The notes under the pieces are model-generated. The model worked only from the letters and a program-made list of their open reading frames with translations, was not told the origin of the DNA and made no database searches. The position numbers and the translations under genes were made by a program. From Aequorivita sp. (GTDB taxonomy: Bacteria > Bacteroidota > Bacteroidia > Flavobacteriales > Flavobacteriaceae), in contig JAUYGY010000054.1 of NCBI GenBank assembly GCA_030690315.1, positions 4,868 to 68,867 of the forward strand: a DNA stretch of 64,000 nt, written 5' to 3'. Below, in pieces: positions 29,256 to 39,668 of this stretch; position 1 is the first letter of the stretch; every line of letters starts with the position of its first letter.

Positions 29256-29334
29256 TTAATTGGGGAGTTAATTTGGGATAAGGTTAAAAGCTGGTTCTGA
29301 AAAGAAGCAGCTTTTTAATTTTTAACCCCTATCC
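29256..29334 (+). ncRNA. Candidate small RNA, copy 1
   Basis: TTAATTGGGGAGTT followed by a long hairpin (29276-29334); shares upstream architecture with copy 2. Confidence 0.35.
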
Positions 29335-29427
29335 AAGTCATAAAAAAAACAGGAAAAACCCTGTAAAAAAATGGGGGAAATCCCTCTTGATTGGTATTTG
29401 TTTTTCGCCCGATATTTGAATACTTAT

Positions 29428-29495
29428 TTAATTGGGGAGTTTTATAAGTGTTGAGTAAAGAGACTGTTCCTTTTATGAAACAGTCTCTTTTAGTT
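29428..29495 (+). ncRNA. Candidate small RNA, copy 2
   Basis: TTAATTGGGGAGTT followed by the hairpin AAAGAGACTGTT...AACAGTCTCTTT (29457-29490) and a U-rich tail. Confidence 0.35.
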
Positions 29496-29538
29496 TAGAA
29501 TAACATTTCTTTTTTTTATAAAGATTTGTTTTTAGCCG

Positions 29539-29572
29539 AAGAGCCCTGCCAACATTAGCTGGCAGGGCTCTT
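29539..29572 (-). terminator. kdsA terminator
   Basis: AAGAGCCCTGCCA-acattagc-TGGCAGGGCTCTT. Confidence 0.7.
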
Positions 29573-29592
29573 ATTATTAAATCTATTTTCGG

Positions 29593-30411
29593 TTATAGTT
29601 TATTAATGGTTTTTCGGATAGCCACAAGATCGGTCAGCAATTTTTCCAGCAGGTTTAAATTGAGCATATTGGCGCCATCGCTTTTAGCGTTTGCTGGATC
29701 AAAATGCGTTTCAATAAATATACCATCGGCCCCGGTGGCAATTCCCGCTCTGGCGATTGTAGAAATCATTTCGGGTCGTCCGCCCGTGACTCCAATATTT
29801 TGATTGGGTTGTTGCAAGCTATGGGTTACGTCAAGTATAACGGGAGCAAATTGTTTCATTGTTGGAATTCCGCGAAAATCGACAATCATATCTTGATAGC
29901 CAAACATAGTCCCGCGATCGGTGATAACTACTTGTTGATTGTTGCAATCTGTTACTTTCGTCACAGCGTGCTTCATACTTTCCGGACTCATAAACTGTCC
30001 TTTTTTCAAGTTAACCACTTTTCCGGTTTTGGCAGCGGCAACTACCAAATCGGTTTGTCGGACCAAGAATGCCGGGATTTGCAAAACGTCCACATATTCT
30101 GCGGCCATGGTTGCATCGCTTACTTCGTGAATGTCGGTTACGGTAGGAATATCAAAAATTTCGGAAACTTTACGGAGTATTTTTAATGCTTTTTCATCTC
30201 CAATTCCCGTGAAACTATCGATGCGGCTGCGGTTTGCTTTTTTAAAGCTTCCTTTGAAAATATAGGGAATTTCGAGCTTATCGGTAATCTTTACAATTTT
30301 TTCAGCAATCTGCATTGCCATTTCTTCGCTTTCAATGGCGCAGGGGCCAGCGAGGAGGAAAAAGTTGTTTGAGGTTGTGTGTTTTATTTTTGGGATTAAT
30401 TCAATTTTCAT
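29593..30411 (-). CDS. kdsA: KDO-8-phosphate synthase
   Basis: AGPCAIES, KANRSRIDSFTG, QIPAFLVRQT, DVTHSLQQPN; start at MKIEL. Confidence 0.96.
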   Translation of the reverse strand: MKIELIPKIKHTTSNNFFLLAGPCAIESEEMAMQIAEKIVKITDKLEIPYIFKGSFKKANRSRIDSFTGIGDEKALKILRKVSEIFDIPTVTDIHEVSDATMAAEYVDVLQIPAFLVRQTDLVVAAAKTGKVVNLKKGQFMSPESMKHAVTKVTDCNNQQVVITDRGTMFGYQDMIVDFRGIPTMKQFAPVILDVTHSLQQPNQNIGVTGGRPEMISTIARAGIATGADGIFIETHFDPANAKSDGANMLNLNLLEKLLTDLVAIRKTINKL

Positions 30412-30585
30412 ACTTCTTATTTGATGGCGCAAAGATACGGATTTTACTATTCTGAGAAAGTGTTGGGGTTTTCTTCATTTTTATAGTGAGATTCTGAAAG
30501 TTTCCATCAAAATAAATTCCCAACTTTAATTTCTAATCAACTTAGAAACACTACTTTTGCACCCTCTTAAAAACGGAGCATTGTT

Positions 30586-32379
30586 ATGAAAGTCAAAAAC
30601 ATCGCCATTATTGCCCACGTTGACCACGGTAAAACCACCTTGGTTGACAAAATTATGCACCACTGTAGTATTTTCCGTGAAAATGAAAATACTGGAGATC
30701 TTATCTTGGATAACAACGATTTGGAACGTGAACGCGGGATTACTATTACTTCAAAAAACGTTTCAGTTATATATAAAGACACTAAAATAAACATTATCGA
30801 TACTCCCGGTCACGCTGATTTTGGTGGCGAAGTGGAACGCGTATTGAACATGGCCGATGGGGTTTTGCTCTTGGTTGATGCTTTTGAAGGCCCAATGCCG
30901 CAAACCCGTTTTGTATTGCAAAAAGCGCTCGACTTAGGTTTGAAACCCTGCGTGGTTATCAATAAAGTTGACAAAGAAAACTGTACTCCAGAGGAAGTGC
31001 ACGAAGCTGTTTTTGATTTGATGTTTGAATTGGGTGCTGAAGAATGGCAACTTGATTTCCCAACCGTTTACGGTTCGGCGAAACACAACTGGATGAGCGA
31101 TGATTGGAAACACCCAACCGATAATATCGAGCCTTTGCTTGATATGGTATTGGAGCACATTCCCGCCCCGAAAATTGAAGAAGGAACCGTACAGATGTTG
31201 ATAACTTCATTAGACTTTTCATCCTTTACTGGACGAATTGCTATTGGCCGTTTGCAACGTGGGGTTTTGAAAGAAGGAATGCAGATTGCTTTGGTGAAGC
31301 GCGATGGCACTAAAGTGAAATCGAAAATAAAGGAACTTCATACTTTTGAAGGTCTGGGCCGTAAAAAAGTTACAGAAGTAAAAGCGGGTGACATTTGTGC
31401 CTTGGTGGGCTTGGAAGGTTTTGAAATCGGCGATACCGTTGCCGATGCCGAAAACCCAGAAGCACTCAAAACCATTGCAATTGATGAGCCTACAATGAGT
31501 ATGCTTTTCACCATCAACGATTCTCCTTTCTTCGGAAAAGATGGAAAGTTCGTTACCTCTCGCCACATCAGAGAGCGTCTTGAAAAGGAATTGGAGAAAA
31601 ACCTTGCCTTGCGCATGGAACCAACCGATAGTGCAGATAAATTCATGGTTTTTGGCCGTGGGGTTTTGCACCTTTCGGTTTTAATTGAAACAATGCGCCG
31701 CGAAGGATATGAACTTCAAATAGGACAACCACAAGTTATCATCAAGGAAATTGATGGTGTTAAATGTGAGCCTGTAGAAGAAATGACAATCGACTTGCCA
31801 GAAACCGTGAGTGGAACAGCCATTAATATGGTGACTATCCGTAAAGGTGAAATGTTGAGCATGGAAGGAAAAGGAGAAAGAATGATCTGTAAATTCCTTA
31901 TCCCTTCCCGCGGAATTATAGGTATGCGTAACCAATTGCTTACCGCAACTGCTGGTGAAGCAATCATGACGCACCGTTTTCTTGAATACCAACCGTTAAA
32001 AGGTGGTATTCCGGAAAGACAAAACGGAAGTTTGGTTTCTATGGAAACTGGGAATGCCATTCCGTATTCAATTGATAAATTGCAGGATCGCGGACGTTTC
32101 TTCGTGAATCCTAATGAAGATATTTACGAAGGGCAGGTTATTGGCGAAAACACACGTCAGGATGATATGGCTGTAAACATTACTAAGACCAAGAAAATGT
32201 CAAACGTGCGTTCTTCGGGCGCTGATGATAAAGCAAGGATTATTCCTGCCGTTAAATTTTCGTTGGAAGAAGCTTTGGAATACATCCAAAAGGATGAATA
32301 TGTTGAGGTTACGCCTCGCCATTTAAGGCTTCGTAAAATTTATTTGAAGGAAACGGATCGCAAGCGAAACAAGCTATAA
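30586..32379 (+). CDS. typA: Translational GTPase TypA/BipA
   Basis: [43 protein letters not shown]-terminal LRLRKIYL. Confidence 0.97.
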   Translation: MKVKNIAIIAHVDHGKTTLVDKIMHHCSIFRENENTGDLILDNNDLERERGITITSKNVSVIYKDTKINIIDTPGHADFGGEVERVLNMADGVLLLVDAFEGPMPQTRFVLQKALDLGLKPCVVINKVDKENCTPEEVHEAVFDLMFELGAEEWQLDFPTVYGSAKHNWMSDDWKHPTDNIEPLLDMVLEHIPAPKIEEGTVQMLITSLDFSSFTGRIAIGRLQRGVLKEGMQIALVKRDGTKVKSKIKELHTFEGLGRKKVTEVKAGDICALVGLEGFEIGDTVADAENPEALKTIAIDEPTMSMLFTINDSPFFGKDGKFVTSRHIRERLEKELEKNLALRMEPTDSADKFMVFGRGVLHLSVLIETMRREGYELQIGQPQVIIKEIDGVKCEPVEEMTIDLPETVSGTAINMVTIRKGEMLSMEGKGERMICKFLIPSRGIIGMRNQLLTATAGEAIMTHRFLEYQPLKGGIPERQNGSLVSMETGNAIPYSIDKLQDRGRFFVNPNEDIYEGQVIGENTRQDDMAVNITKTKKMSNVRSSGADDKARIIPAVKFSLEEALEYIQKDEYVEVTPRHLRLRKIYLKETDRKRNKL

Positions 32380-32383
32380 TATA

Positions 32384-32486
32384 AGGACTTAAGACTTTTA
32401 GACATAAGACGTAGGACGAGAGAGGATTTTAATATAATATTTTTTTCATTTTTAGTCTTAGGTCTTACATCATTTAGTCCTAAGTC
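32384..32486. repeat. Inverted heptamer-periodic arms around a short AT-rich spacer
   Basis: GAC recurs at about 7-bp spacing (32386-32417) and GTC recurs on the right arm (32455-32486). Confidence 0.55.
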
Positions 32487-32582
32487 ATTTTTCAAAATAT
32501 AATCGGTGTTTAATTCCATAAACTCAGCGTTTTTTAGTTAATTTGTTGGCGCCGAAAGGCAAACGTAGTAAAAACAATAGGT

Positions 32583-32786
32583 ATGAATTTTCTTTATTTC
32601 GATCCAGGGCTGGGAGCAATGATAGTACAAGCGGTAGTGGCAGCAGCAGCTGGCATTTTGCTTTTTTCAAAAGGGGTTATGTATAAGGTGAAATCTTTTT
32701 TCGGATTGACAAAAGAGAAAGAAGATACTTACGATTCAATTGACGTTGAAGAGCAAGACACCGATACAGATGACAAAAAAAACTGA
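32583..32786 (+). CDS. Small single-TM protein (YFDPGLG motif)
   Basis: 67 aa; DPG motif, hydrophobic helix, acidic tail; overlaps the start of the methyltransferase gene. Confidence 0.7.
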   Translation: MNFLYFDPGLGAMIVQAVVAAAAGILLFSKGVMYKVKSFFGLTKEKEDTYDSIDVEEQDTDTDDKKN

Positions 32787-34164
32787 CGCACACCAAGCCT
32801 CATTCCGCGATCCTTCGGGATACATGTTTTACGATGGAAAAACCCTGCGAAGGGCCATCAAACCTATATACTTTCCCCAGTACAATAAACTGAAAGACAG
32901 CGGTTTTTTCAAAAACCTAATTGCCAACGGCTTGCTGATTCCGCATGAGGAAACTTCGATTTCTTCGGAAGAAATAATCATCACTCCGGAAGAAATTCCC
33001 TTCATCACAAATCCGTATGAATGGAGCTTTGAGCAATACAAACACGCCGCACTCCACACATTAAAAATTCAGAAATACGCACTTTCAAAAGGTTTTATTT
33101 TGAAGGATGCTTCAGCTTATAACGTTACTTTTCACAAAGGAAAACCTGTTTTTATAGACACACTTTCTTTTGATTTTTACGAAGAAGGAACCCCATGGCG
33201 CGCATACAAACAATTCATCACCCACTTTTTGGGGCCGTTGGTGCTCGCAAAATATCACGGCACCGAAGTTTTCAAAATGATGCAAACACACATTGATGGA
33301 ATTCCGGTGAAATTGATTTCTTCTCTATTGCCAACCCGGTCCAAGCTAAGTTCGGTACTTTACCCCAACATTCACTTGCTTGCAAAAATGGAAAGCAAGC
33401 ACAGTGAAGACTACAAAGCAGAAACTAAAATCGCAACCCTTTCAAAAAAATCACAGGAGAATATTTTGGAAAGCCTTTATGATTATATAAAGGACTTGAC
33501 GCTAAAAGAAGCCAGTGAATGGGGCGATTATTACAGCAAAACCAATTATGACGAAGCCGCTTTTGAAGCAAAAAAAACGCTGATAAAAGAATGGATAAAG
33601 CCATTGTCACCACAAAAATTGATTGATGTTGGGGGCAACGACGGCACTTTCGCCCGCACTGTGATTGATAGTGTACCTCATATAATTGTTACGGATATTG
33701 ACAGCAACGCCGTAGATTATAATTACAAACAACTTCAAAAAAACAAGGAAACAAATATGCTTCCCTTTGTTTGCGATGTTTTGCAACCCGCTCCAGGCAT
33801 AGGTTTCAACAATACGGAACGCAATTCATTAATAGAGCGTCTTGCTGATTACGCGCCGGATGTTACAATGGCGCTGGCTTTGATTCATCACATAACCCTT
33901 TCGGGAAATGTGCCCTTTGAAAAATCGGCTGAATTTTTCGCATCATTTTCTAAAAACCTGATCATTGAGTTTCCAACACGTGAGGATTCTTGGGCGCAAT
34001 CGTTATTGGTTCGCAAGCGAGAATTTATAAACCATTTCGATTTTTATAATGAAACCGAGTTTGAAAATGGGTATCTCCAATTCTTTACCATCGAAAAAAA
34101 GGAAACAGTAAAAGGCACCGAACGTTTGCTATATCTTTTGAAAAACAAAAATCATGAAGCTTAA
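32770..34164 (+). CDS. SAM-dependent methyltransferase (NoeA-like)
   Basis: SFRDPSG, YPYEW-like NPYEWSF, LKDASAYNV, DVGGNDG motif I, ALALIHH. Confidence 0.8.
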   Translation: MTKKTDAHQASFRDPSGYMFYDGKTLRRAIKPIYFPQYNKLKDSGFFKNLIANGLLIPHEETSISSEEIIITPEEIPFITNPYEWSFEQYKHAALHTLKIQKYALSKGFILKDASAYNVTFHKGKPVFIDTLSFDFYEEGTPWRAYKQFITHFLGPLVLAKYHGTEVFKMMQTHIDGIPVKLISSLLPTRSKLSSVLYPNIHLLAKMESKHSEDYKAETKIATLSKKSQENILESLYDYIKDLTLKEASEWGDYYSKTNYDEAAFEAKKTLIKEWIKPLSPQKLIDVGGNDGTFARTVIDSVPHIIVTDIDSNAVDYNYKQLQKNKETNMLPFVCDVLQPAPGIGFNNTERNSLIERLADYAPDVTMALALIHHITLSGNVPFEKSAEFFASFSKNLIIEFPTREDSWAQSLLVRKREFINHFDFYNETEFENGYLQFFTIEKKETVKGTERLLYLLKNKNHEA

Positions 34165-35641
34165 AAAAAAGCAGGGATTTTTCTCGGTTTTTTTGAGCAA
34201 TAACAAAGCATATCCTGTGATTGCTGCGATAGCGGCTGGCTTGTACCCATTGTTGTTTTATTATACAAACAATTATAAAATGATAAATTCATGGGGTCAT
34301 TTGGGGTATTTTATATCCTTGTTTTTATTGGCACCGCTTGCTATTTTTTTTGTTGCCCACTTCATTTCCAAAGTTGCTTTCTTCAAAAAAGGCAAAGATT
34401 TTGTACTCCCATTTCTAAACTTTTTTTTCTTCGCTTTTTATTTGAATATTGCGCTTTATGCAGGATTTAGTTGGCTGCGTACCTTTGTAGTTTTTGCAAT
34501 CTCTGTCGTGCTCACTTTGTTGCTTCGGAAATATTTCAAAAAAATAATAGTTTTTCAATTGATACTCGCAGTTATTGGCGTTTTTACGTTAACACCCGTT
34601 GTTATACAGCAATTAAACTATTCCAAAGAATGGATGAAACAGCCCGATGCCATTGAATCTGCGGTATTTAAAAAGAAACCGAATATCTATTTTATACAAC
34701 CGGATGGGTACGTAAATTTTTCAGAACTGAGCAAAGGGAATTATAATATTGAAAACTCGGAATTTGAAAGCTTTTTGTCAGAAAATAATTTTAAAAACTA
34801 CCCCAATTTCCGAAGCAATTATGCAGCCACACTGCCCACAAACAGTGCGGTTTTTATGATGAAGCACCATTATTATAACAATGGCTCTGATTTCACCGAA
34901 ACTATTGATGCACGTAATATTGTTATTACAGACAACAGTGTTTTAAGAATTTTAAAAAATAATGGCTACCGCACTTTCTTCCTCACCGAACAGCCGTATT
35001 TTCTTACAAACAAACCGAAACTGGGATATGATTTTTGTAATTTTTCATTAAAAGAAATTAATTTTTTGACCCAAGGAATTGGTGTTCCAAAAGATGTAAT
35101 TACACCTTTAAATTCTTATTTGGAAGAGTATCCACAAGATCCCAATTTCTTTTTTGTGGAAATTTTTAACCCAGGGCATATTACCAATACCATTGATGAT
35201 TCCAAAGGAGTGGAAGGGGAGCGGCAGCATTATATTGAAGGAATAAAAGAATCCAACAAAAAATTGACTCAAATTACGGAGTCGATACTTACAAACGATC
35301 CCGAGGCTTTAATAATAATAATGGCCGATCACGGCGGGTTTGTAGGGATGACAAACACGGCCGAATCTTATTCAAAAAACACCAATCCAGATTTTGTAAA
35401 TTCCATTTTCAGTACAATTTTATCGATACATTGGCCAAATGGGGAAGCTCCGGAATTTGACGAAAAATTCAAATCGTCCGTAAATTTGTTCCGTATTTTG
35501 GTTTCCTATTTAAGTGAAAATACTTCGTATCTTGCAAACTTGCAACCAGATAAAAGTTATATACTCATTAGTGCTGACGCACCAAGCGGGGTTTATGAAT
35601 ATTTGGACAACGACGGAAATGTGGTTTTTAAAAAGTATTGA
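34154..35641 (+). CDS. Membrane-anchored sulfatase/alkaline-phosphatase-superfamily protein (paralog 1)
   Basis: About 5 N-terminal TMs; PNIYFIQPDGY, SNYAAT and IMADHG motifs. Confidence 0.7.
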   Translation: MKLKKKQGFFSVFLSNNKAYPVIAAIAAGLYPLLFYYTNNYKMINSWGHLGYFISLFLLAPLAIFFVAHFISKVAFFKKGKDFVLPFLNFFFFAFYLNIALYAGFSWLRTFVVFAISVVLTLLLRKYFKKIIVFQLILAVIGVFTLTPVVIQQLNYSKEWMKQPDAIESAVFKKKPNIYFIQPDGYVNFSELSKGNYNIENSEFESFLSENNFKNYPNFRSNYAATLPTNSAVFMMKHHYYNNGSDFTETIDARNIVITDNSVLRILKNNGYRTFFLTEQPYFLTNKPKLGYDFCNFSLKEINFLTQGIGVPKDVITPLNSYLEEYPQDPNFFFVEIFNPGHITNTIDDSKGVEGERQHYIEGIKESNKKLTQITESILTNDPEALIIIMADHGGFVGMTNTAESYSKNTNPDFVNSIFSTILSIHWPNGEAPEFDEKFKSSVNLFRILVSYLSENTSYLANLQPDKSYILISADAPSGVYEYLDNDGNVVFKKY

Positions 35642-35650
35642 TAAATCCAG

Positions 35651-36796
35651 CTATTTATTAAGCCCCAAAATACTAAAGAACAAGCTAAATAAAATTATTT
35701 GAATTCCCAAAAGCATCAGTGTGACCGCTGGGATAACCGTTCGGAATACAGCGTTATTGTAAATATCTCCAAAACTAATTTCCTGCCAATCACTATAAGC
35801 TGAGATACTTAAAACAATTCCCATAATGACGAGAATTAAACCTGTTACCAATCCTTTTTCTAAATTTATAAATTTGAAAAGGCGATCATATTTTTTTGAT
35901 TTTGGTAGTAATTCATTTTCTACAGTGAAAACCTTAGTGAGTCCATAAAAAAGGATGAATTGAAACCCAATCAATACAAAGCCGGAAGTAAATAGGAGGG
36001 TGTGAATATCAAAGTTAATATTGCCAATCTTTAAAGGGCCAAACAATAGGAGTGTAGAAGTGATTATGCCAATAACCATCATTAGAAAACCTGGGATTAG
36101 AAAAAGCCAATTGGGACTGTAAAGCACCAAAAACCGTAAATGCCGCCAACCGTCCCGCCAAGTATTTAAATGTGGCTGTCGTGTTCTGCCATCGGGGGAA
36201 AGTATTGTTGGAACTTCGGCTATTTTCAGGTTTTTTAAACTTGCCTTAACAATCATTTCGCTGGCAAATTCCATTCCCGTGGTTTTGAGCTCCATCTTGT
36301 AATATGCCTCTTTGCTGAAACCGCGCAGGCCACAATGAAAATCTCCAATGTTGCTTTTAAAAAATAATCTACCAATAAAAGATAGTACCGGGTTTCCCAA
36401 ATATTTGTGCAAAAACGGCATAGCCCCTTTTTTGATTCCGCCCTTAAAACGGTTGCCCATTACCAAATCATTCCCTTCCCGAAGTTTTAAAATGTAGGGC
36501 ATTAAGTTAGTAAAATCGTAACTATCGTCCGCATCTCCCATTATTACATAAGTTCCATTGGCTGCTTCTATGCCACTGCGCAAGGCATTTCCGTACCCTT
36601 TTTTTGGGACGTTTATTAATGTGACTTTTAAGTCTTTTGCTATTTGTTGCGAACCGTCCGTACTTCCGTTATCGGCAATCAGTACTTCGCCGTTTATACT
36701 TTCTTTTTCAAAAAAATGTTTTGCTTTTTTAATACAAACGGCCAAGGTTTCGGCTTCATTAAGACACGGCATTACAACGGAGAGCTCTGGATTCAT
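35651..36796 (-). CDS. GT2 glycosyltransferase (DPM1-like) with C-terminal TMs
   Basis: VVMPCLNE, ADNGSTDGS, GDADDSYD, GNRF, GDFHCGLRG. Confidence 0.9.
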   Translation of the reverse strand: MNPELSVVMPCLNEAETLAVCIKKAKHFFEKESINGEVLIADNGSTDGSQQIAKDLKVTLINVPKKGYGNALRSGIEAANGTYVIMGDADDSYDFTNLMPYILKLREGNDLVMGNRFKGGIKKGAMPFLHKYLGNPVLSFIGRLFFKSNIGDFHCGLRGFSKEAYYKMELKTTGMEFASEMIVKASLKNLKIAEVPTILSPDGRTRQPHLNTWRDGWRHLRFLVLYSPNWLFLIPGFLMMVIGIITSTLLLFGPLKIGNINFDIHTLLFTSGFVLIGFQFILFYGLTKVFTVENELLPKSKKYDRLFKFINLEKGLVTGLILVIMGIVLSISAYSDWQEISFGDIYNNAVFRTVIPAVTLMLLGIQIILFSLFFSILGLNK

Positions 36797-38082
36797 GTTT
36801 TTCGTTTTAATTTTCGGAACAATATAATCACAATCAACAGCACGAAAAAATAATTATAAATCATATACCGCAAAATTGGGATTGCTGCAAAAGCCACCAA
36901 AAATGCATTTGAAACTATAAAAACGGTACCTGTCAAAATCACTCCGTTTTCTACGCTCCATTTTCTTATAGTTTTAGTTAAACTATAAAGAAAAAGCAAA
37001 AAGGCAATTAAGAATGGTACAATTCCGTAAAATCCTTTAAAAATTCCTTCAAAAAGAAGTATAATGTACTTTTCAAAATTGTTTTTTATCAAAGCGGGCA
37101 TCATTCCTTTGGCAGCTTCCTCGGGCCAAACAGCTTTCATATTAGGTAATCTGGAACGGTCTGCAAAATAGGCCATACCTTTTTTGTGGTATATGGCATT
37201 GCAGATGGTGGGGAAATATTTATAAAAAGTTTCGTATTCAGCTTTGCTGTTGCCCTCTATTTTTGAACTGAGCAATCCAAGGCTGTCTATGTCGTGGTAT
37301 GTTATAAAAAAAAGGGCGCGTTGGTCTGCATCCTTTATTTTTTCTATATCCTTTTCTTTTGAAACGAAAAAAGGCAGTGTAATGGCGTTTACAAAGGTGA
37401 AAGGTGTAGAAACATAAATGTCATGGACAATTTTATGATAAGTTCTGTCCAGCGTCTGGATTATGAATGGGAGAATCAACAACACCAAGAGATGAAATAT
37501 TTTTGGTCGTCGGAGTATATTTTTGCGCTCCTTTAAAATATATAGAAAAATAACAATGGGTATTAGAATAATAAATTGTCCACGTGTCAATGTCAGAAAC
37601 ACGAGCACTATAGAAAGATAGAGTATTTTAGAGTTTTTTTCAATGAATAGAAAATCAAAAATATAGACCACTAAAAACAGAAACAGTGGATACGCCAAGC
37701 CTTCTGAACATACATTGTTACCAATCCACAGCGGAGCGAAGTAGGGAAAGGTAAGTATGCCCAGCAATAATAAATAGGAAAGAAGGTTCATTTTAAGTAC
37801 AGCCCTGATTTTAGATGCCAAAATATTGATTGCCACAAACCCAAAAACCAACTGTATTGCAACGGCAAGTATATCAAAAAATTCACCAAAAACCACTTGG
37901 AGTGCCCACAAAAACACACTATACCCTGGAGATCTGTAAATATAGGTATACACATACGAAGATGTGTCCGGCGAATAAATGGGAGGTTGCAACAGTAAGT
38001 AAACAAAAAGACCAATATAAATTACTGCAAGTAAAATATTTATAGTAGAGAGTTTAAAAAAGTAAGGAAAATTTCTTTTCAA
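36793..38082 (-). CDS. Polytopic membrane protein (possible GT-C-type transferase)
   Basis: Many TMs; YSPDTSSY, RSPGYS, SEGL and LTRGQ motifs. Confidence 0.55.
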   Translation of the reverse strand: MKRNFPYFFKLSTINILLAVIYIGLFVYLLLQPPIYSPDTSSYVYTYIYRSPGYSVFLWALQVVFGEFFDILAVAIQLVFGFVAINILASKIRAVLKMNLLSYLLLLGILTFPYFAPLWIGNNVCSEGLAYPLFLFLVVYIFDFLFIEKNSKILYLSIVLVFLTLTRGQFIILIPIVIFLYILKERKNILRRPKIFHLLVLLILPFIIQTLDRTYHKIVHDIYVSTPFTFVNAITLPFFVSKEKDIEKIKDADQRALFFITYHDIDSLGLLSSKIEGNSKAEYETFYKYFPTICNAIYHKKGMAYFADRSRLPNMKAVWPEEAAKGMMPALIKNNFEKYIILLFEGIFKGFYGIVPFLIAFLLFLYSLTKTIRKWSVENGVILTGTVFIVSNAFLVAFAAIPILRYMIYNYFFVLLIVIILFRKLKRKT

Positions 38083-38215
38083 AATAGCTTTAATGATTAA
38101 TTACTTTATCCGAGGGTAAATCTAAAAATAAAATTTTAGCTTTACATTTTAATATTCATCATTAAAAGGGGGATTTATTATAATTTCCTATAGTTCACGA
38201 ACTTGCTTATCTTGA

Positions 38216-39667
38216 ATGGAGAAAAATTCAAAAAGTGAAATAAGTAAAAATTTCTATCCCTTACTTACGGGCCTTATCTGTGGCTTTTACCCTTTGGTAT
38301 TTTATTTTTCAAACAACTTTTCTGCTATAAATTCATGGGAGCATTTAGGGTTTTTTCTGCTTTTTTTTATAGGAATTCCAATTGTGTTTTTCTCGATTGC
38401 GTTTTTTGTTTTTAAATTTTCTGAAGCACTTTCAAAATACAAAACACACATTCTTTTCGTATTGATAATTATGACCGTGGCAACGTTGATGTCGCAGGCA
38501 ATGTATTTAACAATTAAAAAGAAAATACTGTTGGGCTTGCTAATAATTTCAATTTTGGCAGCTTGGAAATTGCATGCACATTACAGAAAACTACTTGTTA
38601 TTGTCCTTTTGATGAGTATTCTTCCAACTTTAAATTGTGCTATAAAAATCGTTGAACACGAACAGAAAATGGAATGGACAGTTCTTCCCGATAAAATTGA
38701 AAATGCAAAATTCAAAAGCACCCCCAATATTTATATGATACAGCCAGACGGCTACGTGGGAAAAGATATGATGGAGGGCAATTTGTACCATTTCAACAAT
38801 CCTCTTTATGATTGGTTAGAAAATAATGGGTTTAAAGTTTACAACAGTTTCCGAAGTAATTATCCGGCTAGTTTAACTTCCAATTCTTCAATGTTTTCAA
38901 TGAAACATCACCGTTTTGGAAAGGTGCTTTTTCCTTCAATTGACATGCCAAATTCGCGCGATATTATTGCTGGTAATAATGCGGCAATCACAACTTTGAG
39001 AAATAATGGCTATAAAAATTTCTTCATTGTCCAGGACGAATATTTTCAACAGAACCGACCGCAACCTGATTACGATTATTACAATTTAAACCCAAATGAA
39101 ATACCTTATTTCAGCAATGATAACAATGTAAAAAAAGTAGTTCTTGAAGATTTGAAAGCAGCAATGGATACCGTGAATGTTGAAGGCCCGCGATTTTATT
39201 TTATCGAAAAACTCCTGCCACATCACATTCATTTCGCCGCTTCAAAAGAGGAGGAACGCGATACCTACATTGAGAAAATCAAGGAAGTAAACAGCTGGTT
39301 AGCGAATGCGGTAAATTATATTTCTGAAAAAGACCCGAATGCAATAGTTATTATTCTGGCTGATCACGGTGGCTGGGTGGGACTAGGAAGTTACCCTGAA
39401 ATGTTTTCTACAGAAAATCCCCAACAAATACATTCCATTTATTCTGCCTTGGCGGCAATAAAATGGAACGGCCAATTAAAAGAAGGAATGGACTCCGAAC
39501 TGAAAAGCAACGTTAATATTTTTCGTGTTCTGTTTTCAATTTTAAGCGAAAATCCTGAATATTTGAAATATTTGGAAGATGATTCGAGTTATAACTTACA
39601 GAGCGGTACTTTTTCAAAATCCGTCCGGGCAGTGATTGACGACAATGGAAAAGTAATTTCAAATTAA
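38216..39667 (+). CDS. Membrane-anchored sulfatase/alkaline-phosphatase-superfamily protein (paralog 2)
   Basis: PNIYMIQPDGY, SNYPAS and ILADHG motifs; collinear similarity to 34154-35641. Confidence 0.7.
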   Translation: MEKNSKSEISKNFYPLLTGLICGFYPLVFYFSNNFSAINSWEHLGFFLLFFIGIPIVFFSIAFFVFKFSEALSKYKTHILFVLIIMTVATLMSQAMYLTIKKKILLGLLIISILAAWKLHAHYRKLLVIVLLMSILPTLNCAIKIVEHEQKMEWTVLPDKIENAKFKSTPNIYMIQPDGYVGKDMMEGNLYHFNNPLYDWLENNGFKVYNSFRSNYPASLTSNSSMFSMKHHRFGKVLFPSIDMPNSRDIIAGNNAAITTLRNNGYKNFFIVQDEYFQQNRPQPDYDYYNLNPNEIPYFSNDNNVKKVVLEDLKAAMDTVNVEGPRFYFIEKLLPHHIHFAASKEEERDTYIEKIKEVNSWLANAVNYISEKDPNAIVIILADHGGWVGLGSYPEMFSTENPQQIHSIYSALAAIKWNGQLKEGMDSELKSNVNIFRVLFSILSENPEYLKYLEDDSSYNLQSGTFSKSVRAVIDDNGKVISN

Positions 39668-39668
39668 A

